Of a DNA stretch of 64,000 nt, positions 53,061 to 64,000 are shown piece after piece. The position numbers and the translations under genes were made by a program. Positions within the stretch are counted from its first letter, which is position 1; the number at the start of each line of letters is the position of its first letter. Under the pieces are notes generated by a model. The model had not been told where the DNA came from and made no database searches. It was given only the letters and a program-made list of their open reading frames with translations. Source of the DNA: Bacillota bacterium (GTDB lineage Bacteria > Bacillota > JAAYKD01); contig OY762825.2 in assembly GCA_963666425.2 (NCBI GenBank), forward strand, positions 2,688,001 through 2,752,000. Reading direction: 5' to 3'.

Positions 53061-53648
53061 ATGAAGCTCAATTTGCTTTTTTTCCCCGATTTTGAAACTC
53101 TGGATGTTTTCGGTCCGGTCGAGATTTTTGGTCAGGTCGAGGACCTGCAGCTGCAGTATGTTTCGCTGACGGGGGGAGTCATCTGCAGCCATCAGAAAGC
53201 AGCGATCGTCACTCAAGCCCTGCAGGAGTCGGATGAGGACAGTATCTTATTTCTGCCGGGTGGCATGGGAACGCGTACTCTGGTGGAGGACCTTGAATTT
53301 ATCGGAAAATTAACTCGAATAGCAAAAGCGTCCCGTTACTGTCTGACGGTCTGTACCGGTTCTGCTCTGCTTGCTAAAACCGGTTTACTGGATGGCCGGC
53401 GCGCGACAACCAACAAACGTTCGTATCAATGGGCAACCGCACAGAGCGCGGCAGTCAACTGGCAGGCCAGCGCTCGCTGGGTTACGGATGGAAAATTCTA
53501 TACCTCTTCCGGTGTCTCGGCCGGTATGGATATGGCTTTGGGTTTTATAGCGGATCTTTATGGTAAAGCAACAGCCGAAACCATTGCCCGGAGAATTGAA
53601 TATGTCTGGCAGCAGAACCCTGAACAGGATCCTTTTGCTGTCAAATAA
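53061..53648 (+). CDS. DJ-1/PfpI family protein
   Basis: FETLDVFGP, PGG.GT, VCTGS nucleophile, TSSGVSAGMD. Confidence 0.92.
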   Translation: MKLNLLFFPDFETLDVFGPVEIFGQVEDLQLQYVSLTGGVICSHQKAAIVTQALQESDEDSILFLPGGMGTRTLVEDLEFIGKLTRIAKASRYCLTVCTGSALLAKTGLLDGRRATTNKRSYQWATAQSAAVNWQASARWVTDGKFYTSSGVSAGMDMALGFIADLYGKATAETIARRIEYVWQQNPEQDPFAVK

Positions 53649-53813
53649 GAGTAGAGTTGGCAGCAATCGTTTTGTCTGATTTGTTTGAAAAATCCCGGAT
53701 GATTTACAGCAGGAGAAACTCCGAAGAACAAAGGCGGCAAACGCTTTTTTTCTTGTGCTGCAGGAGAAAAACGACTATACTAAAATAGAATCTTTTTGGG
53801 GAGGCGAAATCGC

Positions 53814-54278
53814 GTGAGTCTGATTTATAAAGAGATCAATCAGGAAGATTATCAGAAAATCATCCACCGCTTTGGTTCTTGGGTCGAAAAACTGGCTTGC
53901 ATTCATCTGCAGGAGAATGCTTTTTCCCTGGCGGCGTTTGACCAAGAAGAGCCGATCGCTTTTATTTCAACCTATGTCAAGGCATTTCCCGCCCCGCTGG
54001 CTTCCATTGCTGACGCTTTTATCGATGTGATTGAAGTTGACGCTGCCTATCGGCGTCAGGGAGTAGCTCGTTCTTTCGTAACGATGACAGAATCCTGGGC
54101 ACGGGAACAGGGCTTATGCCAAATCAGAGCCTGGAGCAATCGCAGTAAAGAAGAGGCTTTCGCCATGTGGCTGGCTTTAGATTACTGCTTGTGTCCGGCT
54201 ACGATCCAGGCAGAGGGATTTCAGCAAGGCATAGAAGGATTCTATGTCGCTAAAAATCTCAAAGCGAAACGATATTGA
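53814..54278 (+). CDS. GNAT N-acetyltransferase
   Basis: IEVDAAYRRQGVA acetyl-CoA motif A; upstream TTGTGC-17 bp-TATACT promoter. Confidence 0.85.
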   Translation: MSLIYKEINQEDYQKIIHRFGSWVEKLACIHLQENAFSLAAFDQEEPIAFISTYVKAFPAPLASIADAFIDVIEVDAAYRRQGVARSFVTMTESWAREQGLCQIRAWSNRSKEEAFAMWLALDYCLCPATIQAEGFQQGIEGFYVAKNLKAKRY

Positions 54279-54380
54279 GCATACAATACGAAGTATCATG
54301 CGCAGACAGCAGAAGGAATCCGTTCTTGCAATGTCAAATTGAAAGAAGCATACAATACCAGCAATAAATAAGGAAATGAA

Positions 54381-54854
54381 GTGAAGCATTTGAGACCATC
54401 ATGGGATGATTATTTCATGGAGATCGCAACGGTAGTTGCTAAGAGATCCACTTGCCTACGACGTCAGGTGGGAGCCATCTTAGTTCGTGATCGGCGAATT
54501 TTATCCACCGGTTATAATGGTGCTCCCAGCGGTTTGGCACATTGTCTGATCATTGGCTGCAAACGGGAACAGGAACAAATTCCTTCCGGTCAGCGTCATG
54601 AAATCTGCCGGGCAGTGCATGCAGAACAAAATGCAATCATTCAGGCGGCCTTGGCAGGCAGCAGCATCGAGGGAGCGGTTTGCTATACCACACTTTTTCC
54701 TTGTTCTCTCTGCGCTAAATTACTGATCAACAGCCACATCAAAGCGATTTATTACGGTGAAGGTTATCCGGATGAGTTGTCTATGGAATTATTAACGGAA
54801 GCTAAGATTCCGATGTACCGGATTCCAGCCGACAACATGGAAACGCCGGCATAA
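54381..54854 (+). CDS. dCMP deaminase (ComEB family)
   Basis: [35 protein letters not shown]. Confidence 0.92.
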   Translation: MKHLRPSWDDYFMEIATVVAKRSTCLRRQVGAILVRDRRILSTGYNGAPSGLAHCLIIGCKREQEQIPSGQRHEICRAVHAEQNAIIQAALAGSSIEGAVCYTTLFPCSLCAKLLINSHIKAIYYGEGYPDELSMELLTEAKIPMYRIPADNMETPA

Positions 54855-54929
54855 AACTTTGAGATGTTTTACGTGCACGGCAAGGATATCCTGGCGTGAC
54901 AGCTATTTTTGTGATTAAGAGGAGTTATC

Positions 54930-56051
54930 ATGAACGGTACGAATATTTCTTTTTTAGAAACGGTTTTTACTTTTTCTATTGCACTCTTTTTATCGATTTG
55001 TTTTACGCCGATTGCTATGAAAATGGCAAAGAGCTTAAACATTATGGACAAACCCAATGCCCGCAAGACGCATAAGGTTGCGGTACCCTATTTGGGTGGA
55101 GTAGCCATTTTTTTTGCTTTTCTCGTTGCTTGCAGCCTTTTTGTCGCTTTAAGCAAAGAAATGCTCGGTATCCTGATTGGGGGTACCGTTTTACTGATTG
55201 TCGGAGCCGTCGATGATAAAATGGATATTTCGGCGAAACTGCGTTTGGCCATCCAATTTGGCTGCGCCTATCTTGCGGTCCGCTCAGGCATTGCCATTCA
55301 AGGCATTGGTAATCCTTTTAACGGTGAGTATATTTCACTCGGCTTTTTAAGTCTGCCTTTGAGTATGCTCTGGATCGTTACAGTGACCAATGTGATGAAT
55401 TTTATCGATGGCTTGGACGGTTTGGCTGCGGGCACCGCTGCCATTGCTTCTCTAACCTTGATGGTCGTCGCTTGGCAAATGGATTTATCCGAGGTCGTCT
55501 TCTTGTCAGCCGCCTTGGCCGGGGCCTGTATTGGCTTTTTACGTTATAATTTCCACCCCGCTAAAATTTTTATGGGAGATGCCGGTGCGCTTTTTATCGG
55601 ATTTGTCTTAGCTTGCCTTTCTATCCGCGGTCCTATGAAAGGTGCCACCTTTGCTACCATGCTGATCCCTATGCTCGCCTTAGGCTTACCGCTGTTCGAT
55701 ACAATGATCGTTTTTTTTAAGCGGATCAAGGCAGGAAAATCTCCGATGAATGCTGACAGAAGACATATTCATCATATTCTGTATGACAATGGCTTGACAC
55801 AGAAACAGACAGTTTTATGGCTTTACGCGATCTCGATTTGTCTTGGCTTATCCGCGATTGAAGTAACCAGCGTCCATGGTCGCTTGATTTCCTTTTTGGT
55901 TGGTTTGATCGGGGTTATTTTGTTTGTTTCGGCTCGCTCCTTGAATAAATTGGAAGCGGAAGTCAACACCAAAGGCTATGGCCGCAAGTTCGTCGATGAA
56001 TTACAGGAAGAATTAAAAAAACGAGAAAACAAAAAGCAGGAGGGTGAATAG
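54930..56051 (+). CDS. Undecaprenyl-phosphate GlcNAc-1-phosphate transferase (TagO/WecA)
   Basis: RKTH..VPYLGG, VDD, NFIDGLDGL, IFMGDAG, ADRRHIHH. Confidence 0.92.
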   Translation: MNGTNISFLETVFTFSIALFLSICFTPIAMKMAKSLNIMDKPNARKTHKVAVPYLGGVAIFFAFLVACSLFVALSKEMLGILIGGTVLLIVGAVDDKMDISAKLRLAIQFGCAYLAVRSGIAIQGIGNPFNGEYISLGFLSLPLSMLWIVTVTNVMNFIDGLDGLAAGTAAIASLTLMVVAWQMDLSEVVFLSAALAGACIGFLRYNFHPAKIFMGDAGALFIGFVLACLSIRGPMKGATFATMLIPMLALGLPLFDTMIVFFKRIKAGKSPMNADRRHIHHILYDNGLTQKQTVLWLYAISICLGLSAIEVTSVHGRLISFLVGLIGVILFVSARSLNKLEAEVNTKGYGRKFVDELQEELKKRENKKQEGE

Positions 56052-57233
56052 ATGCAGGCATTGACAAAAATCAAGGTCATGACGATTTTCGGTACCAGAC
56101 CGGAAGCGGTGAAAATGGCGCCATTGGTCAAAGCCCTGGAAGCATGCCAGACGGATATTATCTCCCAGGTTTGTGTCACCGGACAGCATCGGGAAATGCT
56201 GGATCAAATTCTGAAAACATTCTCTATCACACCGGATTTTGATCTCAATATCATGCAGCAAAGACAGACTCTGACGGGGATCGCAATTCGTGCAATGCAG
56301 GGCCTTGAACCGGTGCTCGCAGCAGAGAAACCGGATTTGGTTTTGGTGCATGGCGATACACTGACCTCCTTCATCGCCGCCTTGGTCGCTTATTTCCACC
56401 AGATTCCCATCGGCCATGTGGAAGCCGGCTTACGGACTTATGACAAATATTTTCCTTTTCCGGAAGAGATGAACCGGCAGTTGACCGGCAGGTTAGCCGA
56501 TTTGCATTTTTCACCGACCCCTTTGGCCAGAGAAAATCTACTGACCGAACGTATTCCGGAAGAAAGAATCTTTGTCACAGGCAATACCGTGATTGACGCC
56601 ATGGCTTACACAGTGCGGCCGGATTATCATTTTACGGTTGAGAGCCTCAACCAACTCGGTAAAGAACGGCGTCTGATTACAGTGGAAGCGCATCGCAGAG
56701 AGAATTTAGGCGAACCGATGCAGCACATCGCCAATGCACTGCGCCGCATTGTGCTGGCGCATGAAGACGTTGAATTGTGTTTTCCGGTACATCTGAACCC
56801 GGCAGTCAGGGAAGTTATCTTTCCTATTTTGCAGGATTTGCCAAGAGTTCATCTGGTGGAACCGCTGGATGTCGATGATATGCATAACCTGATGGCGCGC
56901 AGCTATCTGATCCTGACCGACTCCGGCGGAATTCAGGAAGAAGCACCTGCTTTAAGTAAACCTGTTCTGGTGCTGCGTGATGTGACAGAACGGCCGGAAG
57001 CGATTGCGGCAGGAACGGTGATCTTAGTCGGGACCAACGAAAACCGGATTGTAGAACAAGCGAATGCCTTGTTGGATGATCCGGAGCTGTATCAGAAAAT
57101 GAAACGGGCAGTCAATCCGTATGGAGACGGTCAGGCTTGCCGCAGAATCGTGGAGGCAATTCTCTATACCTTCTGTCACCGGGATGATCCCCCGGAAGCG
57201 TTTATCGCAAAGCTGAGCAAAGAGGAAGATTAA
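56052..57233 (+). CDS. wecB: UDP-N-acetylglucosamine 2-epimerase (non-hydrolysing)
   Basis: FGTRPEAVK, TGQHREM, HGDT, HVEAGLR, PFPEEMNR, TDSGGIQEEA. Confidence 0.95.
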   Translation: MQALTKIKVMTIFGTRPEAVKMAPLVKALEACQTDIISQVCVTGQHREMLDQILKTFSITPDFDLNIMQQRQTLTGIAIRAMQGLEPVLAAEKPDLVLVHGDTLTSFIAALVAYFHQIPIGHVEAGLRTYDKYFPFPEEMNRQLTGRLADLHFSPTPLARENLLTERIPEERIFVTGNTVIDAMAYTVRPDYHFTVESLNQLGKERRLITVEAHRRENLGEPMQHIANALRRIVLAHEDVELCFPVHLNPAVREVIFPILQDLPRVHLVEPLDVDDMHNLMARSYLILTDSGGIQEEAPALSKPVLVLRDVTERPEAIAAGTVILVGTNENRIVEQANALLDDPELYQKMKRAVNPYGDGQACRRIVEAILYTFCHRDDPPEAFIAKLSKEED

Positions 57234-57547
57234 CTTTTAAGTTTTCGCAGCTTTTGCACGGCACAGCGGATCAGGCTCATCGTTTGCTTTGCTCAAAAAG
57301 AAAAGCATCCCTCCTTTTGTTTGATTCAAAACAAAGGGAGGGATTTTCTGTCTGCAAACGCGAGAATCAACAAGTTTCAGCAACAGCCAAAAAAAGAAAG
57401 GGTTTTCTGTTTCAGGCACGAATTTTAGTAATGTTACAAACAGATTACAGAACAGACCGCTGGCAGGCAATCGAAGATCCGCTGCGAAAGCAGCTTTGAT
57501 ACGAAAACATTAGCATATGAATGAATCAATAAATTAGGGGTGGAGCA

Positions 57548-58803
57548 ATGGCTTACTTAAAAATAGATGGCAGCAGAAAATTGAAGGGAAGATTAAAGTA
57601 CACGGCGCCAAAAATGCGGTTTTACCGATCATGGCGGCTACTTTGCTCTCTGCAGAACCTTGCCTTTTACATAGTGTTCCTTCTACTTTGGAAGACGTCT
57701 TGATGATGAAACAGATCCTGGAAGCAGTAGGTGCCAAAATTCAGCATGAACAGGATACGATGTCGATCGATTTTTCCACCGTCAGTAATTGGGAAGCACC
57801 TTACGAATTGGTTTCCAAGATGCGTGCTTCTTTTGTTGTGCTCGGTCCGATGTTGGCAAGAATCGGGCAGGCTAAAATCCCCATGCCGGGTGGCTGCGCT
57901 ATCGGCACCCGACCGGTGGATTTGCACCTGAAAGGGATGCAGGCGCTGGGTGCGGAAATCAGTTTGTCAAACGGGTATGTACATGCCAAAGCGGCACGGT
58001 TAAGAGGCAATCATATCTACTTGGATTTTCCCAGTGTCGGCGCTACTCAAAATATCATGATGGCTGCAACGCTGGCAGAAGGCAGCACCGTCATTGAAAA
58101 CGCTGCTGCCGAACCGGAAATCAGTGATTTGGCGACCTTCCTCAATTCCTGCGGTGCTCATATCCACGGCGCCGGTACCAATGTGATCCGCGTGGAAGGG
58201 GTGCAGCAGCTGCATGGCTGTCAGCATGAGGTGATACCCGACCGGATTGAAGCGGGTACTTTCCTGATTGCGGCAGCCATCACCGGCGGTGATGTTTTTG
58301 TAGAGGGGGCTGTCTCCAATCACATGAAGCCGGTCTTAGCCAAACTGCGGGAAGTCGGCTGCCAGATTCAGGACCAGCGGGACGGGATTCGGATTCAAGG
58401 ACCGGAGAAGCTATTATCCACCCATGTCACTACACTGCCGCATCCCGGTTTCCCCACCGATATGCAGGCGCAGATGATGGCGATGTTAACTTTGGCGGCA
58501 GGAAACAGCATGATCACGGAAACTGTGTTCGAAAATCGTTTTCAGCATACGGAAGAATTAATCCGGATGGGTGCCAACATCCGTATCGACGGCCGCACCG
58601 CATTTCTGCAGGGGGTTCGGCAATTAACCGGCGCTCAGGTGCAGGCGACCGATTTACGGGCAGGCGCGGCTCTGGTTTTAGCCGGTATGGCTGCGGAGGG
58701 AGAAACACGGGTGCATCAGATTTACCATATCGACCGAGGTTATGTTAAACTGGAAGAAAAACTGCGTGGGATCGGCGCTGCCATTCAGAGAGTAGAAAGC
58801 TAG
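57548..58803 (+). CDS. murA: UDP-GlcNAc 1-carboxyvinyltransferase, with a frameshift near codons 10-15 as sequenced
   Basis: ATG 57548 gives MAYLKIDGSRKLKG in one frame; KIKVHGAKNAVLPI..GGCAIGTRP..DLRAG..HIDRGY is in another frame with no upstream start (TAG at 57535). Confidence 0.88.
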
Positions 58804-58859
58804 AACTTCTATTTTTCGCTCCGGCAAAAGACCAATCTCCATCATGTCGATAGAGAAGA

Positions 58860-58910
58860 GAAAGCCAAATCGGATCCGGTATCATGCGCCGGATCCGATT
58901 TGGCTTTTTT
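58860..58910. terminator. Bidirectional terminator (murA / clpB)
   Basis: AAAGCCAAATCGGATCCGG..CCGGATCCGATTTGGCTTTTT. Confidence 0.85.
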
Positions 58911-58918
58911 GCTGTGAT

Positions 58919-61516
58919 TTACTTTACGATCTGCAGGGTCTCATCGACTGCATCGATCAGCACCGTGCTGCCCGGCAGCAAGTCGCCTTGCAGGATATGG
59001 CGTCCAATCAGCGTCTCTAAATTACGCTGCAGGTAGCGGCGCAGCGGACGGGCACCATAGAGAGGATCATAGGCAGCCTCAATTACAAAAGCTTTGGCTT
59101 TCGGAGTTAAGGTGCAGCTCAGTTGCTGCTTGCTCAGGCGTTGGTTCAATTCCGCGATCAGTAAATCGATGATTTGGCTGATATCCGCTTTGCTCAGCGG
59201 TTTGTAGAAGACAATTTCGTCCAGACGATTGAGGAATTCCGGTCGGAAGGTTGTTTTTAGCAAACTCTCTACCAAGTCTTTGGCTTCTGTTGTGATTTCG
59301 CCGTTGACATCGATCCCTTCCAACAGATAGGAAGAACCAAGATTGGAGGTGAGAATCAGTATGGTGTTCTTGAAATCAACCGTCCGGCCTTGTGAATCGG
59401 TGATCCGACCATCATCCAGGACTTGCAGCAGAATATTGAAAACATCGGGATGGGCTTTTTCGATTTCATCAAACAAAACGACAGAATAAGGCGCGCGGCG
59501 CACCGCTTCGGTCAATTGTCCGCCTTCTTCGTAACCGACATAACCCGGAGGTGCTCCGATCAAGCGTGAAACAGAGAACTTTTCCATATATTCACTCATA
59601 TCGATGCGGATCAAATTGCGTTCACTGTCAAAAAGTGTGGCTGCTACCGCTTTGGCTAATTCTGTTTTACCAACGCCGGTCGGTCCCAAAAAGAGGAAAG
59701 AACCAATGGGGCGATTAGGATCCTGCAGGCCGGAACGGGAACGAATAATTGCCTCGCTGACTTTCGTAACGGCTTCATCCTGGCCAATCACGCGTTGGTG
59801 CAGAATCTGATCCAAATGCAGGATTTTTTCCCGCTCGCCTTCCAATAATTTAGCGACCGGAATACGGGTCCAGCGTTCGACGATACGGGCGATTTCTTCT
59901 TCGGTTACTTTGTCACGCAGCAGCGTGGTTTTGCGGCCGACTTGAGCAGCCTGCTCTTCTTCTGCCAATTGCTTTTTCAAAGCGGGAATTTTACCGTATT
60001 TCAATTCAGCGGCTTTGTTCAAGTCGTAATTGCTTTCTGCCTGTTCCATTTGGGCCTGTAAAGTTTCCAACTCGGCACGTAGTTTCTGCACTTTGCCGAT
60101 GCTTTGTTTTTCATTTTCCCATTGCGCCTTCATGGCATTGAATTGATCGCGCATACCGGCAAGTTCCTTTTGAATTTCTTTTAAGTGTTCCAGCGAAAGC
60201 GGATCATTTTCTTTCTTTAAAGCGGCTTCTTCAATCTCATGCTGAATGATCTTGCGTTGGATCACATCCAGTTCGGTTGGCATGGAATCAATTTCCGTGC
60301 GGATCATCGCACAGGCTTCATCAATTAAGTCTAGTGCTTTATCGGGCAGGAAGCGATCGGTAATGTAGCGCTGCGAGAGAGTAGCCGCTGCGATAATGGC
60401 CTGATCCTGGATTTTAACGCCATGGAAGACTTCGTAGCGCTCTTTCAAACCGCGTAAAATACTGATCGTATCTTCCACGCTGGGTTCCAAAACCATTACC
60501 GGTTGGAAGCGACGCTCTAAGGCGGCATCCTTTTCAATGTACTGACGATATTCGTTGAGAGTCGTCGCACCAATGCAATGCAGTTCACCGCGTGCCAGCA
60601 TAGGTTTCAGCATATTGCCGGCATCCATGGCGCCTTCTGTTTTACCGGCGCCGACAATGGTATGCAGTTCATCGATGAACAGAATGACTTTGCCTTCGCT
60701 TTGCTTAATTTCGTTTAAGACCGCTTTCAAACGTTCTTCAAAGTCTCCACGGAATTTTGCACCGGCAATTAGAGAACCGATATCCAGGGAGAAGATGGTT
60801 TTTTCCTTCAGGCTGGTTGGTACATCACCGCGGACAATCCGCTGCGCCAATCCTTCCGCAATGGCCGTTTTCCCAACACCGGGTTCACCGATCAGGACTG
60901 GATTGTTCTTGGTTTTACGGGAAAGAATGCGGATGACATTACGGATTTCATCATCCCGGCCGATGATGGGATCTAGTTTTTTATTGCGGGCTTGCTCCAC
61001 CAGATCGGTGCCGTATTTCTTTAGGGCGTCATAGGTATTTTCCGGGGTATCAGTGGTGACCCTGGTATTGCCGCGCACCGTGGCCAGGGCTTTGAGAAAA
61101 CCGGCTTCCGAAATAGCCTGGGCCGCAAACAACCGGCTCAGCTGATTCCCCGGCTGCTGCAGCATACCGAGAAAAAGATGTTCCACGGAAACAAAATCAT
61201 CATGCATTTTTTGCGCTGTTTTTTCTGCCGCATTGAGAATTTGATCGACCGCCGGTGAAACGTAGATTTTATCCGCTTCCCGACCCGACCCGGTCACTGC
61301 CGGATAGCCTTTCACCAATTTCTCGGTTTCTTCTGTTAATTTTTCTGGTGAAATCTGCATTTTGCGTAAAATTTCCGGGATGAGACCGCTTTCCTGCTGC
61401 AGTAAAGCCAGCAAGAGGTGAGGCGCTTCCAATTGCTGATTCTGATTTGAAATCGTTAAAGATTGAGCAGCTTCCAGTGCCTCCAGTGATTTTTGAGTAA
61501 GTTTTTGTGTATTCAT
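58919..61516 (-). CDS. clpB: Chaperone ClpB
   Basis: Two AAA+ modules ([16 protein letters not shown]) with a coiled-coil M domain (AAELKYG), GYVGYEEGG. Confidence 0.96.
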   Translation of the reverse strand: MNTQKLTQKSLEALEAAQSLTISNQNQQLEAPHLLLALLQQESGLIPEILRKMQISPEKLTEETEKLVKGYPAVTGSGREADKIYVSPAVDQILNAAEKTAQKMHDDFVSVEHLFLGMLQQPGNQLSRLFAAQAISEAGFLKALATVRGNTRVTTDTPENTYDALKKYGTDLVEQARNKKLDPIIGRDDEIRNVIRILSRKTKNNPVLIGEPGVGKTAIAEGLAQRIVRGDVPTSLKEKTIFSLDIGSLIAGAKFRGDFEERLKAVLNEIKQSEGKVILFIDELHTIVGAGKTEGAMDAGNMLKPMLARGELHCIGATTLNEYRQYIEKDAALERRFQPVMVLEPSVEDTISILRGLKERYEVFHGVKIQDQAIIAAATLSQRYITDRFLPDKALDLIDEACAMIRTEIDSMPTELDVIQRKIIQHEIEEAALKKENDPLSLEHLKEIQKELAGMRDQFNAMKAQWENEKQSIGKVQKLRAELETLQAQMEQAESNYDLNKAAELKYGKIPALKKQLAEEEQAAQVGRKTTLLRDKVTEEEIARIVERWTRIPVAKLLEGEREKILHLDQILHQRVIGQDEAVTKVSEAIIRSRSGLQDPNRPIGSFLFLGPTGVGKTELAKAVAATLFDSERNLIRIDMSEYMEKFSVSRLIGAPPGYVGYEEGGQLTEAVRRAPYSVVLFDEIEKAHPDVFNILLQVLDDGRITDSQGRTVDFKNTILILTSNLGSSYLLEGIDVNGEITTEAKDLVESLLKTTFRPEFLNRLDEIVFYKPLSKADISQIIDLLIAELNQRLSKQQLSCTLTPKAKAFVIEAAYDPLYGARPLRRYLQRNLETLIGRHILQGDLLPGSTVLIDAVDETLQIVK

Positions 61517-61577
61517 CGCTCGATCTCCTTTTTTTGTCTCTGCCGAGTATTTCGGCGGGAATGGTAGGGGAGAGATA

Positions 61578-61631
61578 TTTGACCTTCTCTGACCTTCAAC
61601 CCTATTATAATCCTTTTTCAGGATTTTTCAA
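61578..61631 (-). promoter_or_regulatory. clpB sigmaA promoter with a CtsR-type operator
   Basis: Minus strand TTGAAA-16 bp-TATAAT, then AGGTCAGA-GA-AGGTCAAA, matching the CtsR heptad repeat RGTCAAA-NAN-RGTCAAA. Confidence 0.7.
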
Positions 61632-61831
61632 GTCTGATATAGCAAAGAAAGAGGTCGGAATTTATTTGAATGCATGAGATTTTACAGAATCTGCATTCGT
61701 TTCGGATTGGAACAAAGAAAAGGTTTGCTTTCGCATATCGGTCGATTCGAATTCCTGCGCAGCACTCTGTTCAAATAAAAAAAACTGTGCTATAATCAGA
61801 CAAAATAAAAAAACAGCTGGAGTGTGACAAT

Positions 61832-62743
61832 ATGAGCCTTATTTTGACTGACACCGGGTTCTTAACCATGCCATTGAAATCCAAAGGAAAAGTCCGCGAT
61901 ATTTATGAAGCGGCAGATCAGCTTTTGCTGATTGCCACCGATCGTGTTTCTGCTTTTGATGTGGTTCTGCCCAATGGGATTGCGCATAAGGGTCAGGTTT
62001 TGACACAATTGTCGCGTTTTTGGTTCGAGAAATTAGCTCACATCGTGCCCAATCATCTGATCACGACCGATGTCGCCAAATTGCCCATTCCCGCCTGTTG
62101 TTTTCCGAAAGAACTGAACGGTCGGGTGATGTTGGTTAAGAAAGCGGAAGTGATTCCGGTTGAGTGCGTGGTGCGCGGTTATCTGTCCGGCTCCGGCTGG
62201 AAAGAATACCGTGATCATGGCACTTTAGGTGGATTGAAGCTGGCGGCAGGTTATGTGGAATCGGATCGTTTGCCCAAACCCGCCTTCACACCTGCGGCCA
62301 AAAATAATGTCGGACATGACGAAAACATCAGCTTCGAACGGATGACTGAATTGGTCGGGTTTCAATTGGCGACTAAACTACGCAACGTGTCGTTGGCTCT
62401 ATATCAGGAAGCGGCCGACTACGCTCTGCAGCACGGTTTGATCCTGGCAGATACGAAGTTTGAATTTGGCATTTATCGCGATGAAGTCATCTTAATTGAT
62501 GAGTGCTGTACTCCGGATAGTTCTCGTTTTTGGTTAGCGGCTGAATATGCTCCGGGCCAGGCACAACAAAGTTTAGATAAGCAATTCATCCGAGACTGGT
62601 TGGAAACTTCCGGTTGGAATAAAGAACCGCCGGCACCCCAACTGCCCGATTGGGTGATCAAAGGGACAGTGGAACGCTACCTGAACGCTTATCAGGTGCT
62701 GACCGGGGAGAGCTTGCTGCAGTATCTGGACGAAGAAGAATAA
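61832..62743 (+). CDS. purC: SAICAR synthetase
   Basis: GKVRDIY, TDRVSAFD, ECVVRGYLSGSG, ADTKFEFG, TPDSSRFW, DKQFIRDWL. Confidence 0.96.
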   Translation: MSLILTDTGFLTMPLKSKGKVRDIYEAADQLLLIATDRVSAFDVVLPNGIAHKGQVLTQLSRFWFEKLAHIVPNHLITTDVAKLPIPACCFPKELNGRVMLVKKAEVIPVECVVRGYLSGSGWKEYRDHGTLGGLKLAAGYVESDRLPKPAFTPAAKNNVGHDENISFERMTELVGFQLATKLRNVSLALYQEAADYALQHGLILADTKFEFGIYRDEVILIDECCTPDSSRFWLAAEYAPGQAQQSLDKQFIRDWLETSGWNKEPPAPQLPDWVIKGTVERYLNAYQVLTGESLLQYLDEEE

Positions 62744-62790
62744 ATCACAGTTGTAGGGCTGTTTCTGCAGTCTTGAAAGGACCATGAAAA

Positions 62791-63228
62791 ATGCGAGTGC
62801 TGATCGATGCGGACGGCTGCCCGGTGATAGATGAAACCATTGCACTGGCGAATCAGTATGGCTGGACCTGTCTGATCCTCTGTGATACCTCTCATTTTTT
62901 TGAAAGACCGGGAGCAGAGACATTGACTTTTGATAAAGGCGCCGACAGTGTGGATTTCGCATTGGTTAATCTGGCGCAGCCGGGAGATCTGGTGGTGACC
63001 CAGGATTACGGCCTGGCTGCGATGTGTCTGGCCAAAAGAGCGGTGGCCATCAATCAAAACGGGCAGCAGTATACCGCAGCGAATATTGATGCCTTATTAT
63101 TGGCGCGCCATACCGCCAGAGTGATTCGCAGCACAGGCAAGCATCTGAAGGGACCCGCAAAACGCAGTGAGGCACAAAATCGCGCTTTTGTGCTTGCTTT
63201 GAGCAGATTATTGAAGCAGGAAAATTGA
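62791..63228 (+). CDS. YaiI/YqxD (UPF0178) family protein
   Basis: IDADGCPV, DSVD, VTQDYGLAA. Confidence 0.92.
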   Translation: MRVLIDADGCPVIDETIALANQYGWTCLILCDTSHFFERPGAETLTFDKGADSVDFALVNLAQPGDLVVTQDYGLAAMCLAKRAVAINQNGQQYTAANIDALLLARHTARVIRSTGKHLKGPAKRSEAQNRAFVLALSRLLKQEN

Positions 63229-63302
63229 GAAAACTGACAACAAAAAAGCACTTGTCTTGGCCTGGTTTTTTAAAAAAACCGTCTGCAAGACAAGTGCTTT
63301 TT

Positions 63303-64000
63303 TTAGGACTGCTGACCGCTGATTTGCTCGATGGCAGCCAGCGTATAAATCAGCTCTTCTTTGGTGGTGAAATGGCCGAGACTGAAGCGAACGGTCCCAT
63401 TGGGATAAGTCGCGATTGTTTGATGCGCCAGCGGTGCGCAATGCAGCCCGGCACGAGTGGCAATGCCGAATTCTTCGGCCAAGCGATAACTGAAAGCAGC
63501 GCAGTCGAGCTGCTTTAGGGCGACGGACACCGTCGGTGTCTGCAGGGTGGCATCGGCGGGACCGTAAATTAGCAGCCCCGGAATTTGGCGCAGTCCATCC
63601 AGAAAGAAAGCAAACAAGTCCGTTTCCTGCTGCAGCAGAGCCTTTGGTGTTTGCTGCAGCACCCACTCTACGGCTGCTGCCAAACCGACGATGCCCGGCA
63701 TATTGAAAGTACCTGCTTCGAAGCGGTCCGGTAAAAAATCGGGCTGATAGATTTCATGCGAGCGGCTGCCGGTTCCGCCCTGGATTAAGGAGTTCATGCG
63801 AGTGGCTGCTTCCGGACTGACAACAAAGCCACCGCTGCCCTGTGGTCCCATCAGACTTTTATGCCCGGTAAAGGTTAGCGCAGCAGGAGAGAGCGCAGAA
63901 AAATCCAAATCATATAATCCTGCGGTCTGAGCAGTATCCAAAATAAAATCAAGCTGATGGCGCCGGGCTATTTCCGCAGCTTCCGCGATTGGCAGCAACG
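63303..64000 (-). CDS. Class V aminotransferase, cysteine desulfurase / selenocysteine lyase family (5' truncated by the window)
   Basis: DTAQTAG, TGHKSLMGPQG, EAGT, RAGLHCAP, VRFS. Confidence 0.88.
   Translation of the reverse strand, partial: LLPIAEAAEIARRHQLDFILDTAQTAGLYDLDFSALSPAALTFTGHKSLMGPQGSGGFVVSPEAATRMNSLIQGGTGSRSHEIYQPDFLPDRFEAGTFNMPGIVGLAAAVEWVLQQTPKALLQQETDLFAFFLDGLRQIPGLLIYGPADATLQTPTVSVALKQLDCAAFSYRLAEEFGIATRAGLHCAPLAHQTIATYPNGTVRFSLGHFTTKEELIYTLAAIEQISGQQS

Noticed and set aside
57237-57499. Small ORFs between wecB and murA
   Set aside because: No SD or recognisable motif; the region is explained by a hairpin (about 57307-57345) and probable promoter DNA

Overview
64 kb of chromosome from an anaerobic, selenium-using Bacillota-like bacterium. 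The taxonomy is inferred from SLH domains, sigmaA promoters, a CtsR box and the rRNA sequence. In order, the window holds: (1) a complete selenocysteine/glycine reductase locus (selD[Sec], cutC, tandem glycine riboswitch, grdX-trxB-trxA-grdE-grdA[Sec]-grdB[Sec]-grdC-grdD, selA-selB-selC), whose three in-frame UGA codons split the ORF track; (2) P5C dehydrogenase, an AraC regulator, an ABC-2 exporter, an M20 amidohydrolase, dusB and greA; (3) an rRNA operon (16S, tRNA-Ile, tRNA-Ala, 23S, 5S) followed by a 148-bp palindromic REP-like tandem array; (4) a three-gene cell-surface cassette that looks like a non-cellulosomal cohesin-dockerin system, including a ~2700-aa SLH-anchored stalk; (5) an aminotransferase, a SPOR protein and an rnfCDEAB operon with no rnfG; (6) cdd, an orphan DNA methyltransferase, ybaK, a SAM methyltransferase behind an apparent leader-peptide attenuator, DJ-1, GNAT, dCMP deaminase, tagO/wecA, wecB, a frameshifted murA, clpB, purC, yaiI and a partial cysteine desulfurase. 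No CRISPR array, transposase or phage gene was seen. Product calls rest on motif recognition only; no searches were run.
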